Assembly: GCF_000150275.1 (NCBI RefSeq)
Contig: NW_002060974.1
Coordinates: forward strand, 217,744 to 281,743
Reading direction: 5' to 3'
DNA length: 64,000 nucleotides
Source: Trichoplax adhaerens
Taxonomy: Eukaryota; Animalia; Placozoa
In this document: positions 51,201 through 64,000 of the stretch, one piece after another
Numbering within the stretch: the first letter of the stretch is position 1
Layout of the letters: every line of letters begins with the position of its first letter
Notes under the pieces: model-generated
The model's database searches: none
What the model saw: only the letters and a program-made list of their open reading frames with translations
What the model was told of the DNA's origin: nothing
Position numbers and translations under genes: made by a program

Positions 51201-54200
51201 ATTTTTTATCACGCTATTGGCAGATAAAAATCGAAAAGTTCATGAACAATTGCGTAGCTAAACACACACTAATTAACTATTAAAAGTACTAGACTTTGCC
51301 AATATTATGGTAAAAAATTCGGGCCATGATGCTTACTGTAAATACAACTTCCTATTGCTATAATAATAAACAGGGATTTCAGTTCATCCAGGTCACGCAA
51401 AATTTGTAGAGTGTCCTTACAAGCACTTCTCATGTTGATCACTTTCAACCTAATGAATATTCTATCTATATTCCTATCAACTTCTAAAATACATAATTAT
51501 TACAACAAATCTAAATTTGAAACGCGACAAAGTGTAACTATTTGCGAAAACTAATATTATGAGACTACTGTAAGGTTTGTCCTTCCCGATACCTACCTAC
51601 AAAACAACTCGAAAGAACGACTCCTATCGTTACGAAGAATGGTAATCCACTAGTTTCTTAGATCAAACTAAACCCAAGCTCTATTGAAAAGTCAATTAAT
51701 TTATAGTAAATCTGCATAAAAATTTCATTATCAGTTTATAGATTATATTATATAAGTATTGCATTTATCTATTAAAGGTACGTAATATATCATAGATAAG
51801 TTAATATAAACACATTACTAGATGAGTTTTTATATTGAAAACTGTGTTACGACAGCTATGCAAATGTTACTCCGTAATATTTACTTCATATTTTAATGAT
51901 TTTACATATAGACCATTGTTAAGAGCTAGAAATAGCCCTAACTTGCTACAAGGGTTGATAGAGTACTTTCTAACCTATACTACTGTTATTTAGAATACCA
52001 GTCAAATGATATCCCTAGGCAGATATCTGTACAGATTGAACACAGTTTAATCCTATCAAATTTACTGTATCTAAATTAATCAATTCTTAATAAGAGTTTG
52101 ATAAACGCATATTAGGCTATACTACTAAGATATTTCCTCTAAACTTAGAAATTATACTTTCAACCTTAAGAACCTTGGAGTTGATAGATACAATCCCAGT
52201 TAAACTAGTTGGTAATTACTATCATAGTCTATCTGTTCCTAAGTTATAGATTGTTAACACATGCAATGTTAACCACTAAAGTTATAGTTAAGGAGACCGT
52301 AAACATGTCTAAGATATAAACATACATAAAACATAACATAGAAATAAAATACACGTCTCGAAGATTGCTTTCGCGACAAACATCATTTTATCTATTGATT
52401 GAGTTTAAAAGTTTGAAGCGAGGCTATAAGCGGTGCGTTATTTAATTCTGCAACCTCGGCGAACACAATACTAATTTGAATGGGGTTGCTTAAATAGATC
52501 TGGTTGAAGACAAAAATTATTCCTTCACCAAAAATAATTCTGTCGATACTCCGATCCTTATTGAAGACGTGAAACATAACATGAATCTTAATATTCCTTA
52601 CCCTGTTCATGGCCGACCAAGAGCTACAACGTTAGAATTATTTTTAGTATCTACACGTTTTACTGCTATGGCAACTGCATCACTGGCTTTTAAGACATCG
52701 TTTCAGCTTTCCTATTCTACAGCTCATCGGAGCAACATTGAAGGTTGCCAAATGACATGTTGTATTCCACATTATAAGCAAATAAAACAGCTCTTTTGTC
52801 CGTCACAACTATTTAAGCAGAGAAGGAATACAATTATTGCCGCTCAGCAAGTCAATAGCGATGGCACTAAGTTTATGGAAATGAATTATAAATTAGCTAC
52901 TAATGAGACTGAAGTAACAGAGAATAGGATCGTAGCAGATGTTGAAAATGTTAATCAATCCGTTATTAACTGGTTTTGGAATATACCACAGTGGCTACTT
53001 GATACTGCAAGATTAGGACCAAAATACTATTATAACTACTTCCGATATCCAGTTCAATACAAGGTTGGCATTAAAGCAAACAAGGATAAACCTGGACAAT
53101 TTACTTTAGTAGCTATCGTCAAGCATCGAGATTATGCATTACCATCTCGGATAGAGAAGGACTTAAAATCGATTGCTAAACATAAAGATGAAACTAATAT
53201 TCTCAGTAGCGGTAGGCTGCAAATCAGCGTTACGGGAGACATTAAATCTCTCAATGGAGTAATTTGGGCAGAAAGTTTGAATAAAGCAGTCTATTTCGAT
53301 GGAGTATATTCGGTTACGCAGTTTGCTTGTACGGGCCTTCTCGACAAAAATAACCGAATTTATTCTAAAGGTACCATAGAATTTCGTTATGTTGATCCTG
53401 GTCCAAACTGTCATCCAGAAATGTCATCTAATCCTGACTACATGGCCGAAAATAAGCCCGTCAGTGTTGATTTTAATTATAGCCCAGGTAATATAATTGT
53501 TTTAATTGAAATTCCGATAGCAACCATATCTCAGTATGATATTTTATTGTAGTGTTAAAGTTATTCTTGCTGACGGTAGCAGAAATTTATAATCAATATC
53601 AATTACTGTACAGTATATTTTTGGATACTGATCCACTTTGAGCACTAATATTTCTACGACAATCCTGCTATTAATCTGATCTTCACTTTGATAACCATTC
53701 TGATTCTATTTGGTAAATTTAGGTAGTTTGCCTCTCACATATAATATCATAATGAGATAAAATTAATGGTATTCGTATTAGTAATTGCTTTATGTGCTCC
53801 AAATATTTAGGATTTTGTTAATGTAATAGAATGTAAGAAATTATCGTCAGATAATTAGTTAGCGAAAGGAATATGAAGTTTCTATTAGTATTGTTTTGTA
53901 GATCAGATTACATTAAAACTATTTTGCTCTAATGCTTCTGTAAAATGAAAATAGAAATTGAGATGCTTTTTATAGACTAGATATAGTTGAATCACTATGC
54001 TACAGTTTAGTAACTTTTGCTATTATCGTTAATACGGCATATAGCAAGCCGTTATGAATTAGCTTAAATGTTAAATCTCAAGTGTAATAAGACTGTTTTT
54101 TATTATAAATGATTTCATTTTAACTGTATGGAATTAGCTAATTCTACTGCAGATTCTGTCAGTTCAACAATTAATTCAGCAAACTAGCAAGAAGCCAACC

Positions 54201-57200
54201 ATGTAATCAGACGGATTCAAATCTAGCTGTATTTCATTACGGCTCTTTCAAATTGAAATATTATTGTCTCGTTTTGTCCCAAGACGCTCATTAAATTGAA
54301 ATATCGTAGTTACCTTTTAGCAAGTATCTCTATCAGCAAATACGCTATGATACGTTATATCGACTCTGTCAAATGCCATGTAATCCAATCAATCGTATCA
54401 ATTCGATTCAAAACTAAGAGTACATTATTCTACAGTTCTTTTTAAAATTAAAGTCTAGTATATTTAATTTTTTATTAGATCTTGACATGACTAGGAGATA
54501 TTCTTCGCTCTTCAACTATATTCCAGAACCGGATCAACCTGCTGATGACGTTATCGAGTAAGTAAATTATATAGAATAGAGCTTATAGCTAATTATTGAT
54601 GCCTTCTAAAATTGAGTATGATCAACGATGCGATAAATATGTATGTTAAAAAGAGGAATAAATTTGAAATCGTGGTATAATGCCATTATCATATAGCTAG
54701 AAAATCTGATTACTATTAAATCAATTATCAAGGCTACGATGTGATTAATTGATAATTGCCAACAGTTCGCTTCTATGCGTAAAATAAATTTAATCACGGG
54801 AATTTTTAACTATGTTCTTGTTTCACTAACGAAATATCATGATGAGAGAAGTAACTGCCTATAGATCACAAATAATATAGCCATGAACTATTTTTTATAT
54901 CCTATTTGCAGTTTGATAGATTGATATTGTAAATATGATAAGATACGGTTAAAAGTATGACCAAAAGTACATGATAAGTAGGATGTAGTCTAAAGATAAA
55001 GTACAGATTCGAATAAACTATTTTACTACTGGTATAGATTTTAACGAGGTTCTGTTGCATAGGAATATGTGCTCTTACTTAAGCTTAATCCTAGATACGA
55101 GAAGATTGGTAATTTGCGATTAGTTATTACTCGATTTCTTTTAGAATTAAACTCATTTTTCGATCTTTCTTTGCGTCTGAGCACCTATTCATGAATTCAA
55201 TACGTGGTAAAACAATTGTGTAAAAGAAATTACGTAATTACAGTAATTAGCTGGTTCATATTATTATTTACATGTTACTTACACAGTTACTTGTCGGTTC
55301 CAATAAACTGAAATTTGCATAAGTGATAATTAGTACTCTAGATACTTTTACGATCTTCTACATTATTTGTAAATGCAGCCTGTAAAATCACTTAAGTATG
55401 CGGTATATTTATACGGACAGTATAATAGAATCACTGCAATTGACAGATTAAAAATAGTTTTAACTCCAATTTCTTGAACGTTAAGTAATGACTTTTAATA
55501 ATGAAGAGGATTTTGATACATTAAGCTGTAAAGTGACGAAGGGAAGTACAATTGGCTAAATAATTATTTACTCCTTTCGCTTCTATGATTGCGTAAACAT
55601 GTGCAGGTCTTCAAGTAGCCCTGAAAAAAGTCCATCAGATATAGTTCCTCCGGTGCCGGTTAGTAAACGTAGTTCAATTTTTTTGTCAAGAAACACCCTC
55701 TAAATTCCTCTTTGAAAAAGTGATTCTTCATCTTATCAAGAGACGACAATCGCGACTACCATCTAAGTGCGAATCTATTACTGAAACAGAAAATTTATGG
55801 CATCGAAAAGATATGACGAAAGTTAAAGGTTAAATATAATATTAAAATGCAGAATTTTGTCATAAAAAAATTACTAGAAATAGCGTCATATTAAGTTTAA
55901 ATTTAATTTCGTTCATAATATTTTTTTACTATGCTCCTGTGGTCACGAAATTTCTCACTCACACGAAACAGCCATGGTATTCCTTCACGATAAGCACATC
56001 GGTGTACGTGATATTAAATATTATTTAAGTTTGTTAGTACTTACTAGATAAAGAATGGATCTTTACTATTAACTATTTTATAAAATTAATTCTCTTAACA
56101 TGTTAACCATAGTCTACATTTTTTCTTATGCTTTAAAACGTTTTAGTAAGTAAAATGCGTTGATTAGCAGAATATTTCTAAATTTATGATTATGATCACC
56201 TTCTGATAATCTTAGATATTGTAATTATTATAGTCAGTTAGCATAACATATTATGTCTATATTTTAATTCCTATCTGCAGAGGAGTACTTATAGCATAGT
56301 AGTAAAAATATTTCTTAGCTACTATGGGACTATTTAAGCCATAGTATAAATGAAAATGCGGAATAATGTTGCTCAATTAATGTTAACGGAATTTTAGTCA
56401 TGCTGTTATTCCTATTTTATAGACGTTTATAGTAAGGGAAAGTAAACACCATTCTGCTGAGGTAATTAGCATCAAAGTTACCAATGATGGCGAAGTAGGC
56501 CATTTTATCATTTCAACTGGCTCAGATGGTAAGTTTGCATAGAATTAAAGAGGTTGGACATTGTCAGCATTTAAAATAAATGTGCATTATTGATAAAGAG
56601 GAAACAGAATATAGACAGTTATTTTCTCTTAGCAATTATACCTATAGAGAACTTTAAGGTGTGTTAATATGTGCACCAAAGCAATACCACTACTACTATT
56701 TGCTTATAATTATTAAACAAGGGTAAACTCAATAGGTTGCTCAGTTAGACTGTCATAAATTCAAACAAAAGATCAAAACTTTATTAAAGTCGCTACTCAT
56801 TTTATGCATTGATACGAAAATATGACTCCGAATTTTACGGTGAACTCGAATACTATTTGTCGAGCTTTACAAATTTTAGTTATTCCGTCAAATACGATCG
56901 TTGTTGTTTCATATACCATTCTCTGTTGCAGTGCAAAATATAGAATTACAATCTAAAACATAATGTAAATAGTGTGATATTCGAAAAATTGAGTCTGCCA
57001 TAATTGAAAAATATAATTATATAATCAGAGATAAAATAGAGAAATCAGGGCTTTGATTTTAATCTAGCGTTAGAGGAAAACTGTATAAGGTTAATACGTA
57101 AAAAATCGACGTAAACTTGCGACCTAAATGAGTCAAATAGCTAGATATAGTAAATTAGAATAAGCAAAGGGTACAAGCTTACCGTATAACTAGCAGACTA

Positions 57201-59648
57201 ATAGTTAATTTATGAGATAGCGTTGAATAGTTGCTTTTATAGTGTAGAAGGAACAGCAAGATAGAATTATTTATAAAGACAAATAAGTAATACAAAGTGG
57301 CTTCTACGTATATTAGGGTAGTTCTATGGTGCAATCAGACTAAAATATAAATAGAATTCTAATGAGTAAGTGTTGAATACCAGCACTATATCTATTCTAT
57401 CTTCCATAAAGGGTGGCTATGGATAGGATAGATCATATAAACATGGGATTGCACTCTAGAGTAGTGGAAATTGATTTCTACAATGGATAACTGTATCGCA
57501 AAAGCGGGTCTTTTCGACTGTTAAATTACACTTTTTTTAAACTCTGGTTGTATACTGCATGCAATAAGCCACAATATAAACATATTTAAAGAAATGAAAA
57601 ATATTGAGATTTCTTAACCTCTCACTGCAAAATCAAAATACGGATAATTTTGACGGTTTCATGATGACAGAGACCTTTATAATTAGTTAAATTCGCCTTT
57701 GTTTTATCTCGGATCAATATGGAAATTTACCACTTACTAATTGCAGCTTAGCTAAGTATGGGATTCTAGATTATTAGCCAAGGTTTGCATTGTGTTTTTT
57801 AGATTGTAAATCTAAGTATGTGAAGATACTCTGCTAGAGTATCGTTGACCATAGACTCTATGATGCTAAGTTAATATTAATAGTAACGATAAACATAGAT
57901 GAATAACACATATATATTAGTCTTGGTCATCTAGGCTAATTTAGCTGGTGAATGATTTGCAGAAGTATGACAGCTACTACTAAATGCGACAGGATGTCTA
58001 TAAGTTAGCAGCTGTAAATGATCTAGTAATTCTAAGATATTTCTAGTTGTTATGTTCGGTTGGAGCAGAGTTGTGCCTAGTTTATGTTAATGTAAGGATT
58101 CTAATAAATTTTCGAAATTTACTATAATCTTTGGGATTCGTGATTCATTTCATATCGCAAATGAAAATTCCAGTTTTACATTTCGTATACATGAATGAGA
58201 GGAATGAAAATTAGAATCGATCTATCATTTTTCTAATATTGGTGAGGAGCCAAACAGTACAACAGTTTATATTATAATAGATAATTGTCTGTATTTGATA
58301 AGGATGAAAATTTCTGAGAATGTTCCGAATTATCATAGTAACTAAGTTCGATATAGCTTTAACTGTAATTTCACATACTAGAGAAGAACTTAAAAATTAA
58401 TGGAGAATTTTAAATGTCATTGTTATATACGTCTTATGTATCAAATTTGAATACTATTTGTTTTCAGACAGCACTTATCATTGTTATATTTTAGGATATT
58501 CTATTGCTGATTTTGAAAGAAAATTTGAATCACTAGAAAAGTTGTTGACCTACTACAATACTTATAAAGATGAAGAAATGCAAATGAGATTACGTGTTCC
58601 ACCATCCAATGAAAGCGTTGTACCTGCACATCCAAATATAAAAGTGTCAGCACCTGAAGAGATTCCTGGTAAGGCGATGGAACAGATGAATAAGTTCAAA
58701 GTAACGATTCTAATAATTGTTAGACTTTATAAAAGTGCTAAAATAATTCATAATTGATTACATCTTAGGATTAAGCTTTTACCTTTCAGATCTTTAAGTT
58801 GCTAGCGATATTAAAAATATGAAACTCAATTGCCTATAAATAGTATCATCATCATTATTATAGTTATCACTTTTAGATAAAGTAATTACATATTTTATGT
58901 ATGCTTAATACTAGAAATATCAGAACCTTTTGAGCCATATCGTATAATATAATTTACTGAGTACATAGATGAATGGAAATAAGAAAATGAAATTAGTGTT
59001 GTCAGTTCACACGTGATAACAGGTGGTAAACATCATAAATTTAGGAAGATGGATTAATTGTATTACCGATCAATTTTAAATTAGGTTATTTACCGTAAAT
59101 TAGGCTATTGATATCTTTGTAACTATTACTTCATGAAGATCAGGATGAAATCTATTCTAGTCAAAGTATTTGTGGATGAAACTATTTAAACTATTGCTTG
59201 GGGAAAAACTATTAGAGATAATGAAAAAAATGATCATAAATTAGTTAACTTCAGTTAAAGAGAAATTATGGATTCTGTCATTGGTCATTTAACTGAAATC
59301 GACAAGTCGATAAATTCAAGTCTAATTGATTAATATAATGATAATTTTATATTTAGACAGCACATTCTCATATAAGGGAATGCAAAAAGAAAATGGGCAA
59401 TCGGAATTGGAGGAATACGATTATGTCTCGACTTCTCTTGAAAGAGATGGGGGTTTGTTCATTATCTGTCTTTAAGCAATTTATATTATAAGTTTCCAAT
59501 TTAAGTTGCCATAATTGTTATTTGATTACTTAAAGACTATCGCTTGATGTTGATGTATTAGTTGAAGAGAGCAAATATGTATACATGAAGTCGGTTAAAA
59601 GCGATTCTAAGAAAGATATTTTTAATCAAGTACAGGAATCTAGAAGAG
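48240..59648 (+). CDS. Predicted multi-exon adaptor: CARD-like death fold, ZU5/UPA-like module, PPVPRR, SH2, Tyr-motif tail (3' end uncertain)
   Basis: Phase-consistent GT-AG exons: 48240-48609, 52498-53487, 54479-54557, 55607-55658, 55741-55828, 55972-56003, 56423-56528, 58495-58668, 59357-59452 and 59562-59648. The assembled SH2 reads LWHRKDMTKVKAMVFLHDKHIGTFIVRESKHHSAEVISIKVTNDGEVGHFIISTGSDGYSIADFERKFESLEKLLTYY. Confidence 0.62.
55795..58600 (+). other. SH2 domain split over 4 exons
   Basis: The W...GTFIVRES (FLVRES signature with the phosphotyrosine-binding Arg), HFII and F-x-SL-x-x-L-x-x-YY motifs appear in order after splicing. Confidence 0.85.
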
Positions 59649-62600
59649 GTTTGAATTTATATTTTGTTGAAAAATCTATTATCTACTGTGATATATACCA
59701 ATCACGAAATTCCAAATTTTAATAGAATAAGGGCTTTATTGAATCTTATACAAAGATTAACTACACACAGCTCTGCTCTAGACGAATACTACTACTAAAG
59801 ACTTCTAGGACGAACTAACAGAATAATCTGAAGTTGCATGCTTTTATACTTTTCGTAGCATTCGCAGCTACAATCCGCATGGCAACCTTTTACCTTATTT
59901 TACACATAGTTAAATTATTCTTAGTAAGACTATTCTACTACGGACCATCATTAATCCAATATGGATACAGCTGCAGTACTTACGTAGACATTATTTACAC
60001 CAGCCAAAGTACAATGAATTAACCATATCCTAATATATGATTTACAGTTCTATTTTTACCTATAGCCTTATTAGTAACTCAACACCTTACTGTATGTAGT
60101 CATCTGTACTCTAGAATAGAGTCTATACCACTACAGTCTATAGTTATAGCTACCAAATATATCTTAGGATAATATCTACCGTACACGGTACGGTATAAAG
60201 TTACTGAACCTCTGTTAAATGAGCACATTATCGTAAACCGTCAGTAAAGCGACGGGAGTTTGCACTAGTAATTACTAATAAATAGAGAATGGATTAGAGT
60301 GAATGCCATCTCAAATTCGCTATGAATCATAGACTAAAGACATTAAATAAACATACTTATTATTAATTATTGACTTACGTTCTTCCATATATCCTGACGG
60401 CCAACACTGTCCGCTGGATGCCAACAATTAGCCATCTATAAATTGCAGGTAAAAAGCTGGCCATGTAATTAGAGAAATTTAATAAATGTCAGTAATAATG
60501 TCCATGTCTAAGCCATAATTAGATATGTGTCTTATCAGGTTTAATATCATTCAATATCAGTTCACACCATACTTTATTTCCATGCTTCTTTCATTTTGCA
60601 AAATGACCGATTATCTATACGGTAAACGACATATATACTATAAAAACATAGGTATGTTAGTTTACTATCTGTGTAATGGTGATTATCTAGTTTTTCAATG
60701 CAACAATCTTATGCTTGTAATAATTGCAAGATCTTATACCGTCTTAAGATATGAAATAGCATCGTTGTTCTTTAAAAGTAAAAATAGTAATATATTAAAA
60801 GTAGATGAGGAAGGACTACTGGTAAACTTATTTGTTTATTACTATGGTATATTATTCACAAAATGAACAAGATGAGATGAGAGGTTGTATAAACCTGTTT
60901 AAGTAGTGTCGAGAAATGGCTTTCACTGGCTAGTGCTCATCTTATTTTCGTCAAATAGCATACTTTTGGTATTTATTAAAAATACCGTTATCATTGCTGT
61001 TATGTATTCTTTTATTGATGAATGCATAGTTTAATGATATTATATAAGTACTAAATACTAATGTTTACGTAAATTGACTTGTTTTTTAGTAAAATTTGGA
61101 TTCAGTTTTATCTTAGATAGGTTAGTGCTATCACTGTCTTCTCTAATCGTCAGTATTTAGAGTTACACTGTAGGCATATATCGGAGGACAAATCTGCCAA
61201 TAGGCTTGTAGTATTAAGCTTTTATACTCATTCTTTCTCACGTTACAAATTTTGATTTGTAATAAGTAGGTAGTAACAACATCAATTTTTAAGATAAACG
61301 ATTACAATTGTTACTATATAGATAAATCGTACCTAAATTATTCAGGAGATTTTACTCGAAACTGTAAATTACTGCGTCATGACAGCAATGTAATACGGAG
61401 ATCTGAGATAATTTCGATGCTCGAAAGTTATAGCATTATTGAACTGTTTCTGTCTTTAAAGGCCCATACATTAAATCCTTCATTTGATCAGAATAATACC
61501 TTACAGAGGTCATGACACAAAATTTTGGGGAAATTTTCTAAATATGATCACAGCTTTGTTTTTAAAATAGTGTACATCAGTTTTCAATATTAGCTCATCA
61601 GTATCACGGTTGAGATTATGCTATCAGTATGTGCACATTGTTGCAAAAATTACGCTATCTGATGAAAATTTATAAATATTTCGTATTGAGAGAAAAGATA
61701 TTTGAATATTCGGTATGAATGTTGCTGAATTATTGGAAATTTCACTTTAAATATGCTGTTATGTTTGCTAAATCGTTTAGGAATCAATCAGGAGAGTGAA
61801 AGAAGCAAAGTCGAAATGGATGAAACATAATATGGACCTCAGTGATGGTAAGATCCTTTGTACCTTTAGTAATTAAATTTCTTTTCAAAATAGATGCTAA
61901 TGAACGTGTGTAGTTGCTAGTAATGCCATACGTATACATATTAAAACCATGATATCCAAAAAGTACCCTTGAAGATCAGTTATGCCGCTGTAGTAAATTT
62001 TGAATACGTGGAAGTGTCTAAATTATATTTTGTGAGTTTAGGCATATACTTTACTGTATTGTTAGCTCGGTAAATATATGGACTGTGTCAAAGTTACCGC
62101 AGTGATTTCCTTACTGTAAGTAGACTAAACGAAGGGTTAACAGTAAACTATTGATTTCTAATTCTTTTGCAATGATATTGATCTAATTGTATTATTTAAT
62201 TCAATACGCTGGCAAATAAATAGCTGAGACAATGCTACAATACGAAGCGGCTGGGGTAAGTAATAGGAAATGGCAGAACGTTATCGTGAATAAAAAAGCA
62301 TGTGGTTATGAAAATATGTTGAATCGTTTCAACTACTTTACAATATTTTAATAATCCTTAAGAAGAATTTATGTGACAAAAATAGCAATCTTACATTTTT
62401 TCTTGGAACTTTTGTAGACGTTTTTCGTGATAAATACGCAAAATTCCACTGAACATGTTCTATTGGTAAAGCTAAAGGATGAAGGCTCCGTAGTGGCGAA
62501 ATTTCGAATTTTATCACAAGGGAACGGTATGATTGCAATTTACAATTTAAATAATTTTAACTGTTGAAAGTTTTATCAGTATTAAAGGGGAAATTGATAT

Positions 62601-63592
62601 AGTGTCAGCTAGTCATTTCTTACTCCATAAGCTCTGCTATGTTGGCTTAATACTTTAATCAATAACCAGGCTAGAAGAAAATAAAAAATGAGAAGATTGA
62701 CGAAATAATTGCAAATTTAATTAATGTACATTTAATTTTTAATTCGCGTAGTAAGTCATTCAAATCAACTCGCAGCCAGTTAGATATATAAGTAGCTAAT
62801 ACCTTAATTTTTGCTGTTATCAACTTACGATCATAACATCGAACTATTCTAGTATTAGCACTACTTGTTAGCCTAACTTTTATTACCTCATGTAGTAAAT
62901 ATTTGATCGTAGAACAATGCAACAGCTAGCACCGTATATTGCGTATTTCTTACGAACTATTATTAACTTAAATTTGTTCAGCAAGGGGGAATTGCCCGTT
63001 ATGACAGAGTCAGAGGTATTGCTAAAGCTTCAAATACTTTAGTGTAACCCCCTTACTTGATCCACGTAGCAACTTATAGTTATAAGTTACTTTCGGCCAC
63101 AAGTTAGAAACTATTTTATAATTCTTGATGAATATACAGCTTCCTCTATAACTGCTTTGATACAGGCCAATGGACAAGTAAATATTATAAATATAGCATC
63201 AATAAAATAAAAATAGACAATTGAAATTAAAAGAAAGATGATAATTGCGAGAAAAAAATTAATCGAAAACTTCCACAAATCTTGTAATTGTACTCAATGA
63301 ATCTTAATATCGTATGTTAAAGAATAAATTCTAAATAATTTCACTACTTCACAAATAAGGGTGGTTTTAAGATCACATATTATCACCATCGGAAATCAAT
63401 TCGTAATCATTGGCAATGGCATTAATGTCATTAATAACAAATTAATCATTGGATTATTTATTTGATGTAAATTCTATGAAATCGTCCCGAAAGGCGTAGT
63501 AGTGATCGGCTTGATCAATTTTCATAATTCATTACTAGTTTGATAGTATTTCTTAATTCGAAGGCGTTTTGAGGTAATTAAAAATTTTACAG

Positions 63593-63924
63593 ACGTTCGA
63601 ATCGATGACTTCAATCAAAGTTTTAAAACAATAGATGAATTAATCGGGTGCTATGTTTGCTATCAGGATAAAGAATTAAAAGTCCAATTAAAAGTACTTG
63701 GTAAGACAACAGAAATTTTCTTTTCTATCACTTAATACAGCGAATGATACAATATGAAGTGGCAAAGTGTAATCTTGCTTTAAGGCTAAATACTTTTTTC
63801 AAAAACTGATATGATGGGATGGATAATGTAAGGTTATGTTTGCTATCTAAAGATGATGAACATTATACCCGTATTGATGATCTTTCACGAAGACCATCCT
63901 TTGATGGTCCAGATACTTCTAGCG
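63593..63924 (+). CDS. Partial paralogous SH2-containing gene (C-terminal SH2 exon plus a Tyr-motif exon); continues beyond the window
   Basis: Exon 63593-63700 (DVRIDDFNQSFKTIDELIGCYVCYQDKELKVQLKVL) aligns with exon 58495 (GYSIADFERKFESLEKLLTYYNTYKDEEMQMRLRVP) and has the same phase-1 boundary. The next phase-1 exon 63853-63924 encodes DDEHYTRIDD. Confidence 0.55.
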
Positions 63925-64000
63925 GTAGGTTTTAAGTTATTGAATTTAAGACTTATTTTAAATGCGATTATTTTGGAATAATAAAGTGTACTTTCATACT

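Noticed and set aside
54153-54202. Candidate exon that would create a YLDM motif in the adaptor
   Set aside because: It contains TAG in the required phase, and the flanking exons join in frame without it.
59726-59818. ITIM-like INYTQL terminal exon of the adaptor
   Set aside because: It is in frame only with a weaker alternative donor (CAA|GTACAG); with the main donor it gives an immediate stop. It cannot be supported without cDNA.
63440-63590. Processed (intronless) SH2 pseudogene
   Set aside because: The resemblance is weak with three stops, and the downstream exon keeps the parental intron boundary, which argues against retroposition.

Overview
AT-rich, intron-dense eukaryotic (animal) genomic DNA; the short introns, low GC and the 42-aa TPR array are typical of a placozoan (Trichoplax-like), which is an inference. 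The left half holds conserved genes: a two-exon gene encoding a small predicted PP1-binding protein (-), ZFPL1 (+), L2HGDH (-) and Son of sevenless (SOS, +; it contains a U12-type AT-AC intron). The divergent intergenic regions before ZFPL1 and between L2HGDH and SOS both carry 190-380 bp tandem arrays plus GTAC-palindrome and (GACT)n tracts. The right half looks like a fast-evolving signalling/immune-like region. It contains an intronless array of about 32 x 42-aa TPR repeats with a hypervariable residue pair, decaying from its 3' end, followed by a death-domain-like exon (-). Facing it is a multi-exon gene, assembled by hand with consistent intron phases, that encodes a CARD-like, ZU5, UPA, PxxPxR, SH2 and phosphotyrosine-motif protein (+). 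A partial paralogous SH2 gene lies at the right edge. All exon models are manual and unverified.
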